Notes under the pieces: model-generated
Told to the model about the DNA's origin: nothing
What the model saw: only the letters and a program-made list of their open reading frames with translations
The model's database searches: none
Translations under genes and position numbers: made by a program
Shown: in pieces, positions 10,425-24,364 of the stretch
How positions within the stretch are numbered: the first letter of the stretch is position 1
Layout: the number at the start of each line of letters is the position of its first letter
NCBI GenBank assembly: GCA_000708835.1
Contig: DF237533.1
Location: 1-54,913 of the forward strand
DNA length: 54,913 nt
Reading direction: 5' to 3'
Source of the DNA: Klebsormidium nitens
Taxonomy: Eukaryota; Plantae; Klebsormidiophyceae

Positions 10425-12267
10425 ATGCAGTATTCGAAGCACGTGTCAGAAGGGCGGACAGCCTTTGCTCCTGGGGCCAGCTCCCAAGCACCTAAGAAGG
10501 ACGAGAAAACTGCTGATGCAAGGAGCAAGGAACCAGAGATAGTTGTGCTCAACACCGCAGCCAATGTGGTAAGCTGCTCTCATTCTCGCTTCGTCGGCTC
10601 TTTTCATCATATGTCATCCAGGGATTCATCAACGGGCTGGACTCGTTCAGCTTTTGTATGAATTGCAGAGACTTGCTGCTTTTTGAAGCCTGGCATGCTT
10701 CTCGAACATGAGCCCCGTGGATATTGCACTTCATGCCCTCTGTTCGTGACCACACAAAGATTTTGCGCGCTTACTGAGTTTCAAACTTCCAAGTGGCGAA
10801 CTCTAGAAAGCTTCAATATGCTGCTTTCCTTGCAACCAGATACTACAAACTCTACCAGAATGTTAGTTGGCAGCATCTGTCGTGTCTGCGCTGAGTCCCG
10901 TTGTATTGTACAGGTTAAGGGCTGGTTAGAAGCAGAGGGAGGGTCGGACGCCGAGGAAGACGCCCTGCCCGAACCAGAACTGCGGCCCCCAAGGTTTGGG
11001 CACCTGATCAGCAAAACACAAGCATCCTTAATGTGCCCATGATTTTGAACTTTAGAGCTGGGGCCCCTAAGCTTGCTCCACTCAGACTCTCCATTGTCGC
11101 GCACCGGAGTCTGTCCACTTCTCTCCTTAATTGCCTGCCTTGATTACCCATGAGCTGGGGGTCAGAAAAGCTGACTGCTTGAATTCAATGCCATTGTTTG
11201 CAGGCACTGTGTACAGTCCCTGTTGGCATGTGGAACCTCGCGCCATTTTTTCCTCCGCCCTTCGTTCTGTTCTGTCCATATTGCTGCATAATATGCTCCC
11301 AATCTCGAATCTTCTCACATGACAACAAAAACAATTGCTTGTCAGAAAGAGTCCCTTTGTTTGAGCCCTCTTTTGACGGCCCAGATACAAGGTAATTGAT
11401 CCTCGTTTAGATATGAGTCTGTTAAGCAGATAAATGCCAAATGTTAGCCAGAAGAAGGTTGTCTTCTCCTCGGTGGAAGAAGACAGTCTCAGACTGCTGG
11501 ATCGGGAGTTGCTGGGACTGGCTCCTCTGGTAAAAAAATGGAAAATTCGCGAAACAGGTTGAGAATGCTTTGCAGTACGCGGCATGGGCTTCCACTTTCT
11601 AGTCAGCAGACACTTACGGGAAAAACTTTTGCTGTAAAGCTTTGGAAAGCAGTGGTCATGTGACCGGGCTGTTTGACAACCCGAGCAGTCGCAAAATTTC
11701 ACCACAAAGTTTTGAAGCAAAAGGCCTTCAGTACACTCAAGAAGTTGACCCTCACTTGATCGTGGAAGCTTGTCTTGGATTGTTCTCTTTTGAAAAGCCT
11801 ATTCCCTCTCTTGTAAAGTACCCTCATCTATTTCTCGAGTCCGCCCTAGATGATCAACTCAATCGTTCTTGGAGTAGATATGTGCTCAATCGACGCTGAC
11901 TTTCTGCAGGCTTGGTCTTGGAGCAAAGTACCTTCCCCACGCCAAAGTGTCCAGCAACATGGGTACGTTAGAGAAACGCCTGAGGGCGAAGATAGACACG
12001 TCAGCAAGGCAAGGCTCGGGAGAAGATGCAGAAGCCGATGCGGCATCCAGGAAGAGAAAAGCGGAGGGCAAAGCGAGAGATGGCTCAAATGGTGCCAACG
12101 TTGTTGAAAAGATAGGTGATACGGATACTGACGAAGACGAGGAAGAGGGACGAGGAGGTCGAGGCGGCGCCTTCCAAAAGAAACAGAGGGGCTTGCCTGC
12201 TTTTGAGGTAATGCAGTCGAAAAAGGCCAAAAAGAAGAAGAAAAAGAAGCGAGAGGAGGTTGGCTGA
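10425..12267 (+). CDS. Small basic, probably nucleolar protein with RPPRLGLGAK motif (DUF3245-like) and Lys-rich tail
   Basis: Exons 10425-10568, 10914-10993 and 11910-12267 join in phase, and splicing rebuilds ELRPPR|LGLGAKYLPH. The tail is KKAKKKKKKK. The start may lie further upstream (acceptor near 10377). Confidence 0.75.
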
Positions 12268-13526
12268 TAGAGTACGGTATTAACCGGAGGTCGTTGTCGT
12301 GGTATTTCTTTGCAACCTGCTCACTTTCGTCCTAACCTTTGTTCGGTCGGATGTGCACATGCAAGCGGCTTTTGTGCATCACTTGTCAGCACTCGTTTGA
12401 AGAACCTAGGCTACACACAAATTGAATGTCGGAACGCGATAGAACACAACCTAGCTTAAGTTATAACAATTATAAGAGTGAATAGCACGACTCGTACTAG
12501 ATAAGGCAGCTAGCCTGGCACCGTCCGGGCCGGCAACAGCTAGCTAGATGATCAAAGTCGCTTGCATTGATCGTTGTGTTAAAACCGCGTCAGCCTGAGT
12601 TCCGGCATGCACGTGACCTCAATGCAATGATCCGCATGTGACTTAAAGCATTTCGATCCATACTAATGCGCATGCATGGTTGGCCTGGCAGCGGCGGCGG
12701 CCATGCTCAGCCGGCCCACATGCAAACCCACCAACTATGTGCAAGCATGGGCCCCGACTCGATCTAGCCCGGCCATGGCTAGACTAAGATTCATTCAAAT
12801 CCAACAGGAACGGCTGAGCTTCATGCATGTACAGAGTCGTGACACAAGCTTGCGCCACGGTCCAAACAATCGAGTGATGAAACCAATCTGCCAATCTAGC
12901 GCTTCAAGATGCGAATATCCGCTGCCCGGATAGGATGGATACCAAATCTGTCTGCATGTGAGTGTCCGGCGATTGCGCCACACCGTCAAGACAAGTGGGC
13001 TGAAACTCTAGAAACCATGCCGCAGGCCCGCTGCTGCAGAGCCGTGCTTGGTTGCGCAAGCCTGGAGCTTATCGATGTGTGCACGAAAAATACAACGATA
13101 AGCCTCAGCGCCCTCACCAACTGCCACCGTGCACTTGGCATACCGTCCTTAGGAAGTGGCTAGGAGGAAATGGCACTCCAAAGAACGGATGGTTGGCGTG
13201 TCGTCCGCTGAAAGTTTACTAATGACAAAGTGAAGACCTGCCAGACGCCTACCCTTTGATTTGTACCAATTCTTCACAACATTTGATCAAAGATGGTCAT
13301 ATAACTTCCTCTGCGAGCCAAAGACAGCATTTTTTGCACCTGGGATATGCAGACAAGCTCCGAGGATTCGGCCAACTTCAAATCTTCGACTCTGATTGTC
13401 GAGACGAACGAGATGCGCCTCCTTCACTAACGCAAAGAGCAGCTCAATGCTCCAGGATAGAAAGTATACGTCTCGCCGAAATCAAGGCATCCTCAATGAG
13501 GTCACGAACCAAACTGTACAGTCATC

Positions 13527-16500
13527 TCAACCTAGCCTACCCTCCAAGCGGCTCCGTGGCCTTCCACGATCCTCATAGCTGCAAAAAAGCCAAAATTGTC
13601 TCAATTCGAGAAGCTCGTAACTTAGCGATAGCAGTTTTGAGCGAGTTACAGGGAGGGGGTGCAAGTTGCAACAAAAATTCTGCAGGAGCTGGACAGATGG
13701 AGGCAAGTGACTGGTAGCAAAGTAATATCACTCAGATGCGGAAGAATTGTTGTGACTTCGGATCTAGCAAGAAGCCCAGCCCCGTTCATCCACGAGGCTG
13801 TCACTTCTCACCACAGGCTCTATCCAAAGGAAATGGTTTCTGGCTTTTCTATCATAAGCGCTTAACAGCCCCCTCAAGACTAACCCAAATAAGCTGTTCA
13901 ACTGACAAAGCAGTGGCTACAGACAAGCTTAGCTGGCTTGGCTCCCACCAAGCGAGTCAACACGCATCTTCTGGGCATCTCCTCAGATTCGTGGAAATGT
14001 CTGATAAGTCTTGAAACAATCCTTTCAAAGGCGCGACCAAGATAATGAAACAACTCAGCGAGAGGAAATCAAGGACTACTGGACCTCTGCCCGACTCACT
14101 CTCTTCGGGGGGGCTGCTTGAGGGACCGCAGCGCAGAGTTGCTGAAGGCCCAGCCAACGCGGATGGTCTGGGTGAGCATTTCCGCCCCATCTAGTTCTGC
14201 GATCGCCTTGGCTGCCTCCGCCTTCGTTTCGTACTCGATCAAAGCGTAACCCTGCACAGACCAAACCGAGAAACGCGTTATCCACGATGACCAAACGCTA
14301 TTTTGATTCAAACCAACCAGCGTGGCCTGGTCGCAGGGCGCCCAAACAACCAGAAAATACTCCTTCGACGATATCCTTGCCTGGTGGGGTTAGAATCAGA
14401 CCGTTTAGTCTTTGGTCTCCAATCTCTTAGTTTCTCTGGTCTCAGATGTCTCTTTTTCTCTGGTCTCAAATCCGTACGCAGGTACGCAGCACGCAGTTTA
14501 TCCGAGCCCGATTGCTTCCTCGGTGAGAGAAAGATGTTATAGATTGCAAAGTCTGATTGGCGGTCAGAATTTGGCAGTACCGTTGGATTTGATAACAAGT
14601 ATTCCAAACAGGTTTCCGAAACAGCAAGGACGTTCACAACAAATGAACTTATTGACGAAGACTTGAGCGTCTCAACAACCTGAAGCCAAGCCAGCTTCCA
14701 TCCTGGATAATGGGCAGAAGGTCAAGGGAATGGCGGTTGGGGACAGGACTGCAACTAGGCTGTACGTCAATCTGGGACTCTCGCAAATAGGTTCGAACCT
14801 ACTTGTCATCAAGACCCGTTCCAGAGCGTGCCTCCGGTCGACGCAGTGTCTATCTGCGGGCTCTAACCAAAATATCCAGAGCCGAAGAATTTTGAAAGAG
14901 TCAACCAAACAAAAGCATTAAGCTTCGCCATCCTAAGCCTCCTAGATACCCGGACTTTATCCCAGCCAAAAAGAATCGAACAATCCCCCCCGACCTCTGC
15001 CTCACCTTGACGAATCCCGTCCTACGATCCAAATTGAGGTGCAAATTCTTGATCGTCCCAGCCTCGCCAAATGCCTCATGGATATCGTCCTCTGCCGCCT
15101 CCTCATGCACGCCAGTAACTAGAATGATGTAACCCTCCACAGCTGCACAGGACGAGTTCTGACCATCACTAGGTGGTTTGCTTATAGCAGGCATTGTTAA
15201 CTTATGCTAAGCTTCCTCAGGTATGCCAGTTTCGATGATGCACGGAAAAGCTCTGACCATCATCTGGTGGTTTCAGTGGATGAAATGACTAATTGCAGGC
15301 CTTGTTTGACCCACGGTAAGCTTTCTCAGAGACGTCAGCAACTACGACGATGCATTTCCTGGTGCTTGGGAAGAGAACTTGACCTAGAGCGCGGCAAAAC
15401 AATTGAACGAGCAAGCGCCAGCTGTCACTAGGGAGCAAAAAGGGCCAGATACATGGAAACGACAGCCTTCCGCTTGATATCCAGATGGACAATTGACCTG
15501 TGTCAATGGCGGAGCAGCTTGCAGCTACAGTCTCCACTCTTCTTTACCCTTAAGCTCAAGGAAACAACCACCAATGAGTTTCGCAGAGGATGCCAGAAGC
15601 TTCAAATCCAAGAAAGTGGTAGATGTATTGACCAGATCGCTTTTCGCTTAATGGATCTAAAAGGCCAAGTGACCTGTCTATCGAAGGTTCCTGCTTGTTT
15701 GGGGGGCTGTGAAAGACTCTCCATCACACGTAATGTCTAGCCGACCATGTTTTCCTTCCCCAACGCAAGGTCCAGACTTCTATCCGACCTGTGAAGGCAT
15801 ACAGAAGCTCAGGTGCAGAGTCCCTCACATTTTGCAGGCCCAGGCCCTGCCCCAGCCCGTAACGACTCGTATTGACCACCTTGCCTGTCGCCCCTCTCAT
15901 TTGCAGAGTCCTTAAAACCACGCCCTTTGGTTTTCAGGCCCCCTGCAAGAACGTCCCAATTTGGTCAGAGTTGGACGCAAGTATGACGGTAGAAAGTGCT
16001 TAAAGGTCCATCTTGGTGACTGTTTTCGGATTCGATTCTCAGGGCTCATCAGATAAAACTGTAGGCCTTGTACAAACTTTCTAGCACCAAGTCTGGAAGG
16101 AATTTCTGGTATACTCGACCTGTGCGACCCATCTTCGGTCATTTGATCCAAGAGGAGCAACTGTGAGGACCTCAAGGAGAAATAGATGCAAGTAACTGTC
16201 GCTGTCGACCGGCGACCACGCTGCCGGTTGATTTTCAAGAAATAGGGTTCAAAAGAGTGCTCGTGAGGAGACAGAATATTTATCTTGGAGGAGCGAGGGC
16301 TTTGCAAATTTGAGACACCCCATGAGAGGACAAGCTTTTCAAGAAATCAAGACACGTGAGCCTGTAAGATGGCAACAATATGCTAAGTGCTTTTTGTAAA
16401 ATGTTCAAGATTCCGCACCCTTGAGCCAAAAGAACATGTCTGTTGCTGGCGGTTTGCAGGGTCAGACTTTCAAAGAAGTTTAGAAGCCACATGCCTACTC

Positions 16501-17249
16501 GAGATTTGTCTCCGGAGGACTCGAGTTTCGCAGACACCAGATGAAGCACAATACAGTGAATTGTAACAAGTTTGAGCAATCAATGCAATAAGATAGAAAC
16601 TACTGCATGGGACAAAAGAAGAAACGAGCAATTTAGTGCGACACCTTTACCAATTAACAAAAGAATGCCCGTCCCAACAGCCAGAATAAGTTCGGCAGAA
16701 AAGCCATACAATCACTGAAGGGAAGGTCTGCTGGTCAGAAACATGCTGAGCGCTGATCGTTGAAAACAACTTGGCTTGTAGTGAGTGAATTGACTCAACT
16801 GAAGAAATCAACAAGGCGAACTTGATCCTGTGTGTTTTACCGCCTCTAACTGAAAGAGGACAATCCCAAGGCACGCCTTTAAACACCTCTTCTAGACCAC
16901 TGCGCTCACATCTAACTGCAGATGTTTCATCAACCAGCGTGCTATCAAAACTGCAGATTCCTAGGAGATTGCCTCCAAAACTGATGACCTTAACATGGGA
17001 ACTTTGAGGACGCTTTTTCCTTGGGCAAAAGCAGCAACAACAACCAGAAACTTGATTGCCTGCATTAAAACTGCTTCGGTACCTTCCATTCTCCATCAGA
17101 TAAGACAGAAGCAAATCGCTTGAACATTTTCTATCAATCTCACCTGCTTTTGGAGCCACGGGCTCGTCCTCCTCCATCGCTGCATCCTCTTCAAGCAGCT
17201 CGTCCTCCTCCACGCCATAGTCCACCGCGTCAACGTCAGCTGCGCTCAT
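13527..17249 (-). CDS. RBM8A: RNA-binding protein 8A / Y14, exon junction complex subunit
   Basis: Exons 17249-17144, 15942-15829, 15142-15006 and 14251-14100, with a tentative last exon 13578-13527. Motifs [53 protein letters not shown]|GYALIEYE. Confidence 0.95.
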
Positions 17250-17756
17250 GTTTGCACTATGAGTGGTGGTAGAGTCTCTACGTCAACCTGAGGCACAATA
17301 CAATAAACCTTGTGATTAAAAGGTCCCTCCAATTGCGCCCCTCCCTTCACCGTTCACGTCTAATCCGATCTGTTTTGATCAATAGGTAGGTGAATGCATT
17401 CTGTCGTCAAGAGCAGAACTCTGTGCTAGCTCGTTCTGGCCTTTTTCTCGAGCCAGAGGTTTGACAGTCGTTAACGACGGGTTATCATAGAGAGCTCTTA
17501 ACACAGCCACTCTGCAGATTTATTGGAGGTAGATTTGTAATTTCTAGGTGTGTCAAAACAACAATGTCATCCAGATGACCTCGATCGAGCTGCAACTTCA
17601 AGTTCAAGTCTGGGCAGCATCTACGGTACCTAGGTAGCTCAACCTCAGCTGCTCATGAGTCATGTGTCATTGACGAGTTTCGTGGTTGAGGGCGCATGAT
17701 TGTTGAGAGGGGCTGAGAGGGACTGAGAGGGGCGCTGAGGGTTTCGATTGCTCACG
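17250..17756. promoter_or_regulatory. Divergent promoter/5'UTR region shared by Y14 and the ZIP transporter
   Basis: Head-to-head ATGs 507 bp apart. Inferred from geometry only. Confidence 0.5.
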
Positions 17757-20700
17757 ATGAACTCATGGCGTCCCCTCCTTCTCCTAGCCACTGTGTTACT
17801 CTGCAGTATCCAATCTTCCGGTGCGGTCCATGGCCTGGGGGGAGAAGGCTACTCGCTCTGGACCGGCGATGAAAAGGCACACAAGGCGCCAGCGCATAAT
17901 TGTGCAGGAGACCACAATCACGAGGGCCATCATCACGACGATCATGCTGCAGGGCACATTCACACTCCTGAAGAGGTAGCTGGACACGGCCATGACGAGC
18001 ACGCTCATGGGGCCCATTCACATCGTGCTCATTCTCATGGCGGCCATTCGCATGTTGCTCATTCTCATGGAGATCACTCACATGGTGCTCATTCGCACGG
18101 CGCTCATTCGCACGGTGGCAATTCGCACAGCCACGCTCACGGTCATGATCACGCACACAAGCATGATGGAGGGGTGTCGGAGCACGGCCGTCCTAAGACT
18201 CTTGAAGAATTGGAGCTAGAGGAGATGGCGAACTACGGCCTCTCAGCAGCTGTCGAAGAGGAGGACTACAAGCCGCCATCGACTTGGGATAAGCTGGCGG
18301 CGGGGCTTGGTCAATCTTCTTGGGGTGAGATCCTTGTTTGGTGATTGTGTTCTCTCCCTCTGTTCATTTGTTGGCGGCTTCTGTTCATTTTGCCATCTGA
18401 TTTGCACGCTAACGCTCATTGTATGTAGAAGCTTGAGGTTCAGGATTGTTGAAAGCAGGCCAAAGTCCACATTGCAACTGATTCGCGAACCTCATAGGTT
18501 CATATCGCGACGTCAATGAGCGAGAGCAATCTGAAATCTTGGTCATGTGCACTCCCGAAGCAGACAGAAGAAGACGTACAAGTAAGAGATCTGAGTCTTC
18601 ATTTCTATCTTTGCAATGCAGGCACTTGGACTATGGCGATGGGAAGCTCTCTGGCCGTTAGCCTCTGCTCGCTGATCTGTCTGATCATCCTGCCCTTCAT
18701 TTTGAGAGAAGGACAGACTCCCTCCGAGGGCGTTGTGAGGATACTAACAGGCTTTGGGGTAGGTTGGCCTGTTTTACCTGAAATCTTGGTTTACCAACAG
18801 TTCTTCACTCTGTCATCGTATGAATGCTTTGATCGATGAATGCCCAAGCATGTGGAACCGGTTTCCTTACAGGGGCTTATCCATTCAGGATTGCTCTCAA
18901 GATTCTCCAGCAGATCTTCATCTATTGGCCCCATTTGGCGCTCGTTGTTCGACAACAACCATACATTGGCTTTGGTCAAACCCAGAATCCTGCAATCCCA
19001 TGAAAGCCTCTTCTTCACCAATCCTTGCTTCCAAGCTGACATTCTGGTTAACACTCCACAAGATAGGCTCCATTTCCAGCACTTGTTCCAAGACAACTGC
19101 ATAGCTTTGTAAAACTTACCATTCTTACACAGACCACAGGGTGACTAAAGTAGAGATGTAGCAATCAATTGACACTCATGGTCACAAGTGTCAATCAAAT
19201 CAACATAGCGCGCACTCTTTCAAAAAGTAGGAGCCAGACACTCTCTCCTCCTTTCTGATCCAGGCTGAGATCATCCCGGCAGAGCGCCAAACAATGATTC
19301 GACGAAAGGATAATCAAGCCCCTCTTGGATCAACCAAGTCTCACTCTCCTTTTCCCCATTCACTGGTCCATCCGTTAACCCAGTTTACAACAAACCGGGC
19401 CTAAACTCTCTCTTCCAAACCCACTTTCACAGGCGGGAGCGATGGTTGGGGACGCGTTCCTGCACCAGCTGCCCCACGCTTTCAACTCTGGCGGAGCCCA
19501 TTCACACGGGGGCCATACACACGATCACGGCCACGATGAGGCGCACGGGCATGACCATGGGAGCGGGGGCCATGCGCACTCTATCCAGGACCTCTCGGTG
19601 GGCTTAGCTGTGCTAGGTGAGGCGAATAGTTTGTCGGTTTTTCTTCCTTTCGTGGTATTATGGTTGCGGTGAAGCCCCGGGATCCCTTTGGCGCGGATGT
19701 TTCGGCCTCGCGGATGACAGACTTTAGGACGGCCAGTGTTTTCCCTCTTGGATTGCTGACCGACTGGGGAAACTAGGATTGGACTGCCTGGTGTCATGCT
19801 TGTTGAAAAGGGAAAGCGGTGAAACATGTGAGATCTGGAGGAACATCTTCCTTTTCGTTTGTGACGTTCAAGCTTGATGGGGTTAGTGAGGACATCTCGA
19901 CAGAAGGCCTGGAAGAAAGAGGACAGAAAATATAGAAAAGGACCACCGAATTTGGAGAAGAGAACGCGCCTTGGATAGATCTTTTCCACAAGCCTCGCCC
20001 ATTGCGGGCAGCAAAGCTCATCACAGTTTGCCCCTGCAGTTGGCTCCATCGTCCTATCTTTGGTTGAGGGAAGCGAATGATAGCCGTCAGTGCAAATGAT
20101 GACTTGCAGAGAGTAAGAGAATTTCTGCAATTCTCCTTCGCTGCTCCCTCCCTTTTTTGTCTGCAAGATTCGAGACAAAGTTTAACGCAATAGCTGCGAT
20201 TATTCGTCGTGGACACTGGTTCATTTGGGGACGTCGAAGCAGTCACCTAAGCAATCTCCGAAGCGATGCGAAGCGAATCAGGCTCTGCTAGGGTAAATCT
20301 TAACAAAGCTTCCGGCTCTCATGCTGGTCCCTTCGCAACCCACAGCTCGTCGGTGTTCTCCACCTATGCGGATGGTTCCACTGTTCGAGAAGCGGTTTGT
20401 TATTTTGACTGCGTCGAAGACACTTCGAGAGCATGACATGTCTCCCATGAACGCGTCCCTTCGATGTCGCTTGCTGTGTTAAGACCCCTTTCAGTTGCGG
20501 CTCATCGCTGTTTCTCCACCACTGCAGTTGGTCTTACCGTTTCGTCCTTGTTGAGTGACCAGTCGTAATATCAGAAGCATTGAAGAAACACATATCAAGT
20601 TGTAGGACCCTCTCGACCAATTGCAGCCCAAAAGCTTCGTTCCTGTATGCCAAGCCGGTTTCCAATCTAACCGCATCGCTCTCATCTTATCTTTGCAGTT

Positions 20701-23042
20701 GGTCTCATCGTTTTTTTCCTGGTCGAGAAAGCAGTCCGTTACGTTGAGGAGGCGACGGCCAAGAACCCAGAGCTCGCGAACCAGATCAGCTTCCAGAAGC
20801 AGCACAGCCACAAGCACGGCGCCAAGGGGCATTCACACTATGACGATCACACCGAACATGCGGACGGGGACGCGGTAATTGTAGACAAAGACTCGGGCGC
20901 CAAAGCCGAGACGGTAGTCAAGGAGTCGTCCAGCACTCCGTCGGAAGGCGCGAAAAAACGAAAGTCGAGCAAGAGCGGCCCAGGAAAGGATGCGGCAATA
21001 AAGGAGAGCGTTTCCGAAAAGGAAGCGGAAAAGGAGCCGGCGGCGAAAGACATCACCGTAACGGCTGATGCGAAGAAAGGGCCTGCGGTTGCGCCCGGGT
21101 CGTTGTTAGTGTTGGGTTACCTTAACCTGTTTTCGGACGGCGTGCACAACTTTACGGACGGGATGGCGCTCGGCGCCGCGTTCGTGCACCATGGGGCGGT
21201 CGGCGGGTGGAGCCGGACGTTGTTCATGCTCGCACACGAGTTGCCACAGGAGGTGAGCAAGTTTTGCATCGGATTTCTGGCTTGGTTAGTGGTGACTTTT
21301 TGCGCTCTCACTATTGCTGTCTACCTGAGCAGGATTAGTTCCAAGTTGATCAAACGAGAGGCCTTCTCCAGATTTGCTTGAGTCAGATTTCGTTGCTATT
21401 GCTGTCTACCTGAGCAGGATTAGTTCCAAGTTGATCAAACGAGAGGCCTTCTCCAGATTTCCTTGAGTGAGAGTTCGTTGGATCGACATTCGTGAGCTTC
21501 GAGGTCGCTTCTGGATGCGGAGGAACCCTTTCTAGTTGGGAGTATACCGATACGAACGCTTTCATATGGGCGCATACAGAAACAAGAGGGTTGATTCTGC
21601 TGCCCTCAATACAGAAGTTGTACCTTCTTTACGCTTGTACAGTTGTCTGTGATATCCTGCTGTCTTCTCGCTGACTGGAAACCAAGTCCACAAATGTTTC
21701 TTAGTCAGATTCTGTAAAGAACACTTTGAAGACAATGACAATGCTCGGGCTTCTGACTCTCAAAGGATCCAAAGCTCAGACATTCCGGATATGTCGTGCA
21801 GGCTGCGAGAGGATCTACTGACTTTACATCGTAAAGTCACTCTACTCACTTTATCTGGACCCGGCTCCGGTGTTTTGGACTTTTTGGCTGGTCCTCAGCG
21901 CTTTCTGTTGGACGTCCCACGTGGCGCTCGTATAGCACGACACTCTCTCTGCAGACGAGGTAGAAAGCGAGCGGAACATGTCTCGAGGCCTTTGTCCCCA
22001 TAGAGTATCAGTTAAGCAGGATGATGAGCTTTTCACCCTGCGGATTGTCCATTTGTTGAACCAATCGTCACAGATCTGCATCTTCTTTCCATATCCTTGC
22101 AGGTTGGTGACTTTGGGATTCTGGTGCGAGCAGGCTTCTCGGTGACCAAGGCGCTTGCGCTCAACTTCCTGTCTGCATCGATGGCCATGGCCGGAACGGC
22201 CCTCGCTCTCGTTGTGGGAGGAGACGCGAGCAATTCGTCCATTATTGAGGTACGAAATCTTCGCTAAAAATTTTGCTCCTGTACATGTGTTGTGTGGATT
22301 CCTCCGAGGCTTTACAAGCTTAATCATCTGATTTCAACCCCAACAACAGCTGTCCAAGACTCTGATACCGGAAGAAGACGTGTTGATGATACGCAACCTC
22401 TGGGGTACCAATGAGCCGGTTCGAGTGTGAGACGCTCCACTAAACTCGTCTTTTGTGCCGCTCAAGATTGTTATTTGTTGCTGAATGGGAACCCTCTTTG
22501 GCACATGTGCATGTCAGCACTGATCGGATCCCGCAGTCTGCATCGATCTAGGCTGGCTGAGCTGGAGTGGTCTTAGGTCCTCCAGTGCCTTCTGCGTTTT
22601 GTCGTATTACCAGAATTGCTGTCTTCTTACCATCGACGTAAGGTCGTTATCGGCTTCAATCATACCATACGTGGCATCTCCAAGATCCGGGCAGGTCACT
22701 GGGGTTCCCACTCAATAAGCTGACAGTGTGCTCATAGCATATGAGACGGTGCGCTGATACCGACAATGATACCTCAGCGCACGTGTTCAGTCTCTTGGAA
22801 CCCGGGGGAAACTGCAGTTCTGTTGCTTTGATTGTTCGCTAAAGAGCACACGGCATGGAGACTGACTTCCTGTTCTTTCTCTTTTGCAGGGTTTCACGGC
22901 TGGAGGCTTTGTATATATTGCGGTGGCTGGAGTGATGCCCGACTTGCACGCCCAGGGCACGAGCGGTTGGGTCACGGTCCAGCAAGTTTCGTCTATGCTC
23001 GCCGGGATGGGTGTTGCATTAGCTATCTCCTTATGCGAGTAG
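17757..23042 (+). CDS. IAR1: ZIP-family metal transporter, IAR1/ZIP7 (LIV-1) type
   Basis: Exons 17757-18324, 18622-18758, 19433-19616, 20699-21252, 22103-22249 and 22890-23042 are in phase. Signal peptide, His-rich ectodomain, and motifs GAMVGDAFLHQLPHAF, GYLNLFSDGVHNFTDGMALG, HELPQE|VGDFGIL, GFTAGGFVYIAVAGVMP. Confidence 0.95.
18009..18128 (+). repeat. Eight 15-nt coding repeats (xxHSH pentapeptides)
   Basis: GAHSH RAHSH GGHSH VAHSH GDHSH GAHSH GAHSH GGNSH. Confidence 0.9.
21311..21480 (+). repeat. Two tandem copies of an 85-bp unit in ZIP intron 4
   Basis: 21311-21395 and 21396-21480; the first 65 bp are identical. Confidence 0.95.
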
Positions 23043-24364
23043 AGTATCGGAGTGCTAACAGTCGTGTGCTGGAGAGGTGATTGCACGAGGTTGCCATTTT
23101 TAGAAGCCTCCCGGTCCTCAACTCGATCATCACATCCTATTGAGGCCAGAGCGGAGGCTCGACCAGTTGGAGTCGCAGAGGTCTTTAAACGCACGTGCGC
23201 TCCGCATGAAGCAAGGGACTTTCTGGGGATGGGATGGGCCTGCAGGATAACCATGCGCCTCGAAATGCGACGCTGGTCATTCGAAAACTCGTCATTCTTA
23301 GCCTCTTATGAGGTTCAATGGCCGCTTCCTTTTTCAGCGGCCAGGCTGATCGGCCTCATGCAAAACGGCTGTAGGAGATATTGTCGGCTCTGGATGAATT
23401 GACCCATGCTCATGTATGGCCCAGTGGGCTCACGTGGTCCGGTCGGATAATTGTTGTTACAAGATGGTGCGTATCATAGTTCGGGGTTTGCCGGGTCCAA
23501 GTGCATCCGAGTGGCATGCGGCTTTATATTCTGGGTTGAGCCCGTGCATGATGGCCATCTGTTTGATCGATTTCATCGTCCCAGTGCCCGCGAACTTAGG
23601 CATGCCATCATTACGGTGCCAGGGCGTCCGCGCGCACTGACAAGTCATTATAACTTGACGCGCGGTGCAGCTCAGCGCGGCTGCAGTTGATATATACTAA
23701 GATATCCCTGAAATCGGCAGCTAGCCATATGCAAGCGCGCGGCGGCGCATGCAAATGAACTTGAATATGCTCAGCATGTGCCCATGGAAAGACTATATTG
23801 TAGTATACCGATGGATTCGTCGGAACTGGCACCATGCAACTCAGCATGGATATCAATCAAAGCTTTCAAGGGGTACGCGCTCTGGCGCACTCGGCATGCG
23901 CATCAGCTCGCTTTCCAATCAAGCCAGATCTGCTCGCCTATAAGATACTTCCCCGTTTGTGCATGGGGCGGCCCTTCCTGAAGGCCGGGCGTGACGCGCT
24001 GGCAGAACTTGGACCCTTCATTATGATGCGAATCGACGCCACTTATCGAAGGGTTTGGATCATTTCCGCGCCAGCTCTAGGGAACGGTTTTGAGCGCATC
24101 ATCTTGATCCGACCGTCAGGCGGCCACGGATTCAAACATTTCTGCAGTCTCTTGCAAACGTTAGCTGGGGTTGGTCGAGCTTCAAAAGGAAGCGCTTCTG
24201 CAAGGCTTTTGAGAGGAACGCTGACGCGATCGCCGTCTTACGTCTTTGTCGCTTCTTCATGCTTCACCAGAGATGATGTGATACAGACACGCAGCTGCGA
24301 CTTAAAATCCATTCTTCATTGCTAGTGGAGCGCTGCAGATCAGCTATTCGCACACCTTGTAGAC

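Noticed and set aside
10670-10711. Possible last exon RLAAFEAWHASRT*
   Set aside because: Splicing to 10914 instead rebuilds the conserved RPPRLGLGAK motif.
12271-12283. 13-mer AGTACGGTATTAA repeated at 53960
   Set aside because: About 20 exact 13-mer repeats are expected by chance in 55 kb.
14405-14470. Three TCTCTGGTCTC-like units in a Y14 intron
   Set aside because: Short degenerate low-complexity repeat, with no spacer structure suggesting CRISPR.
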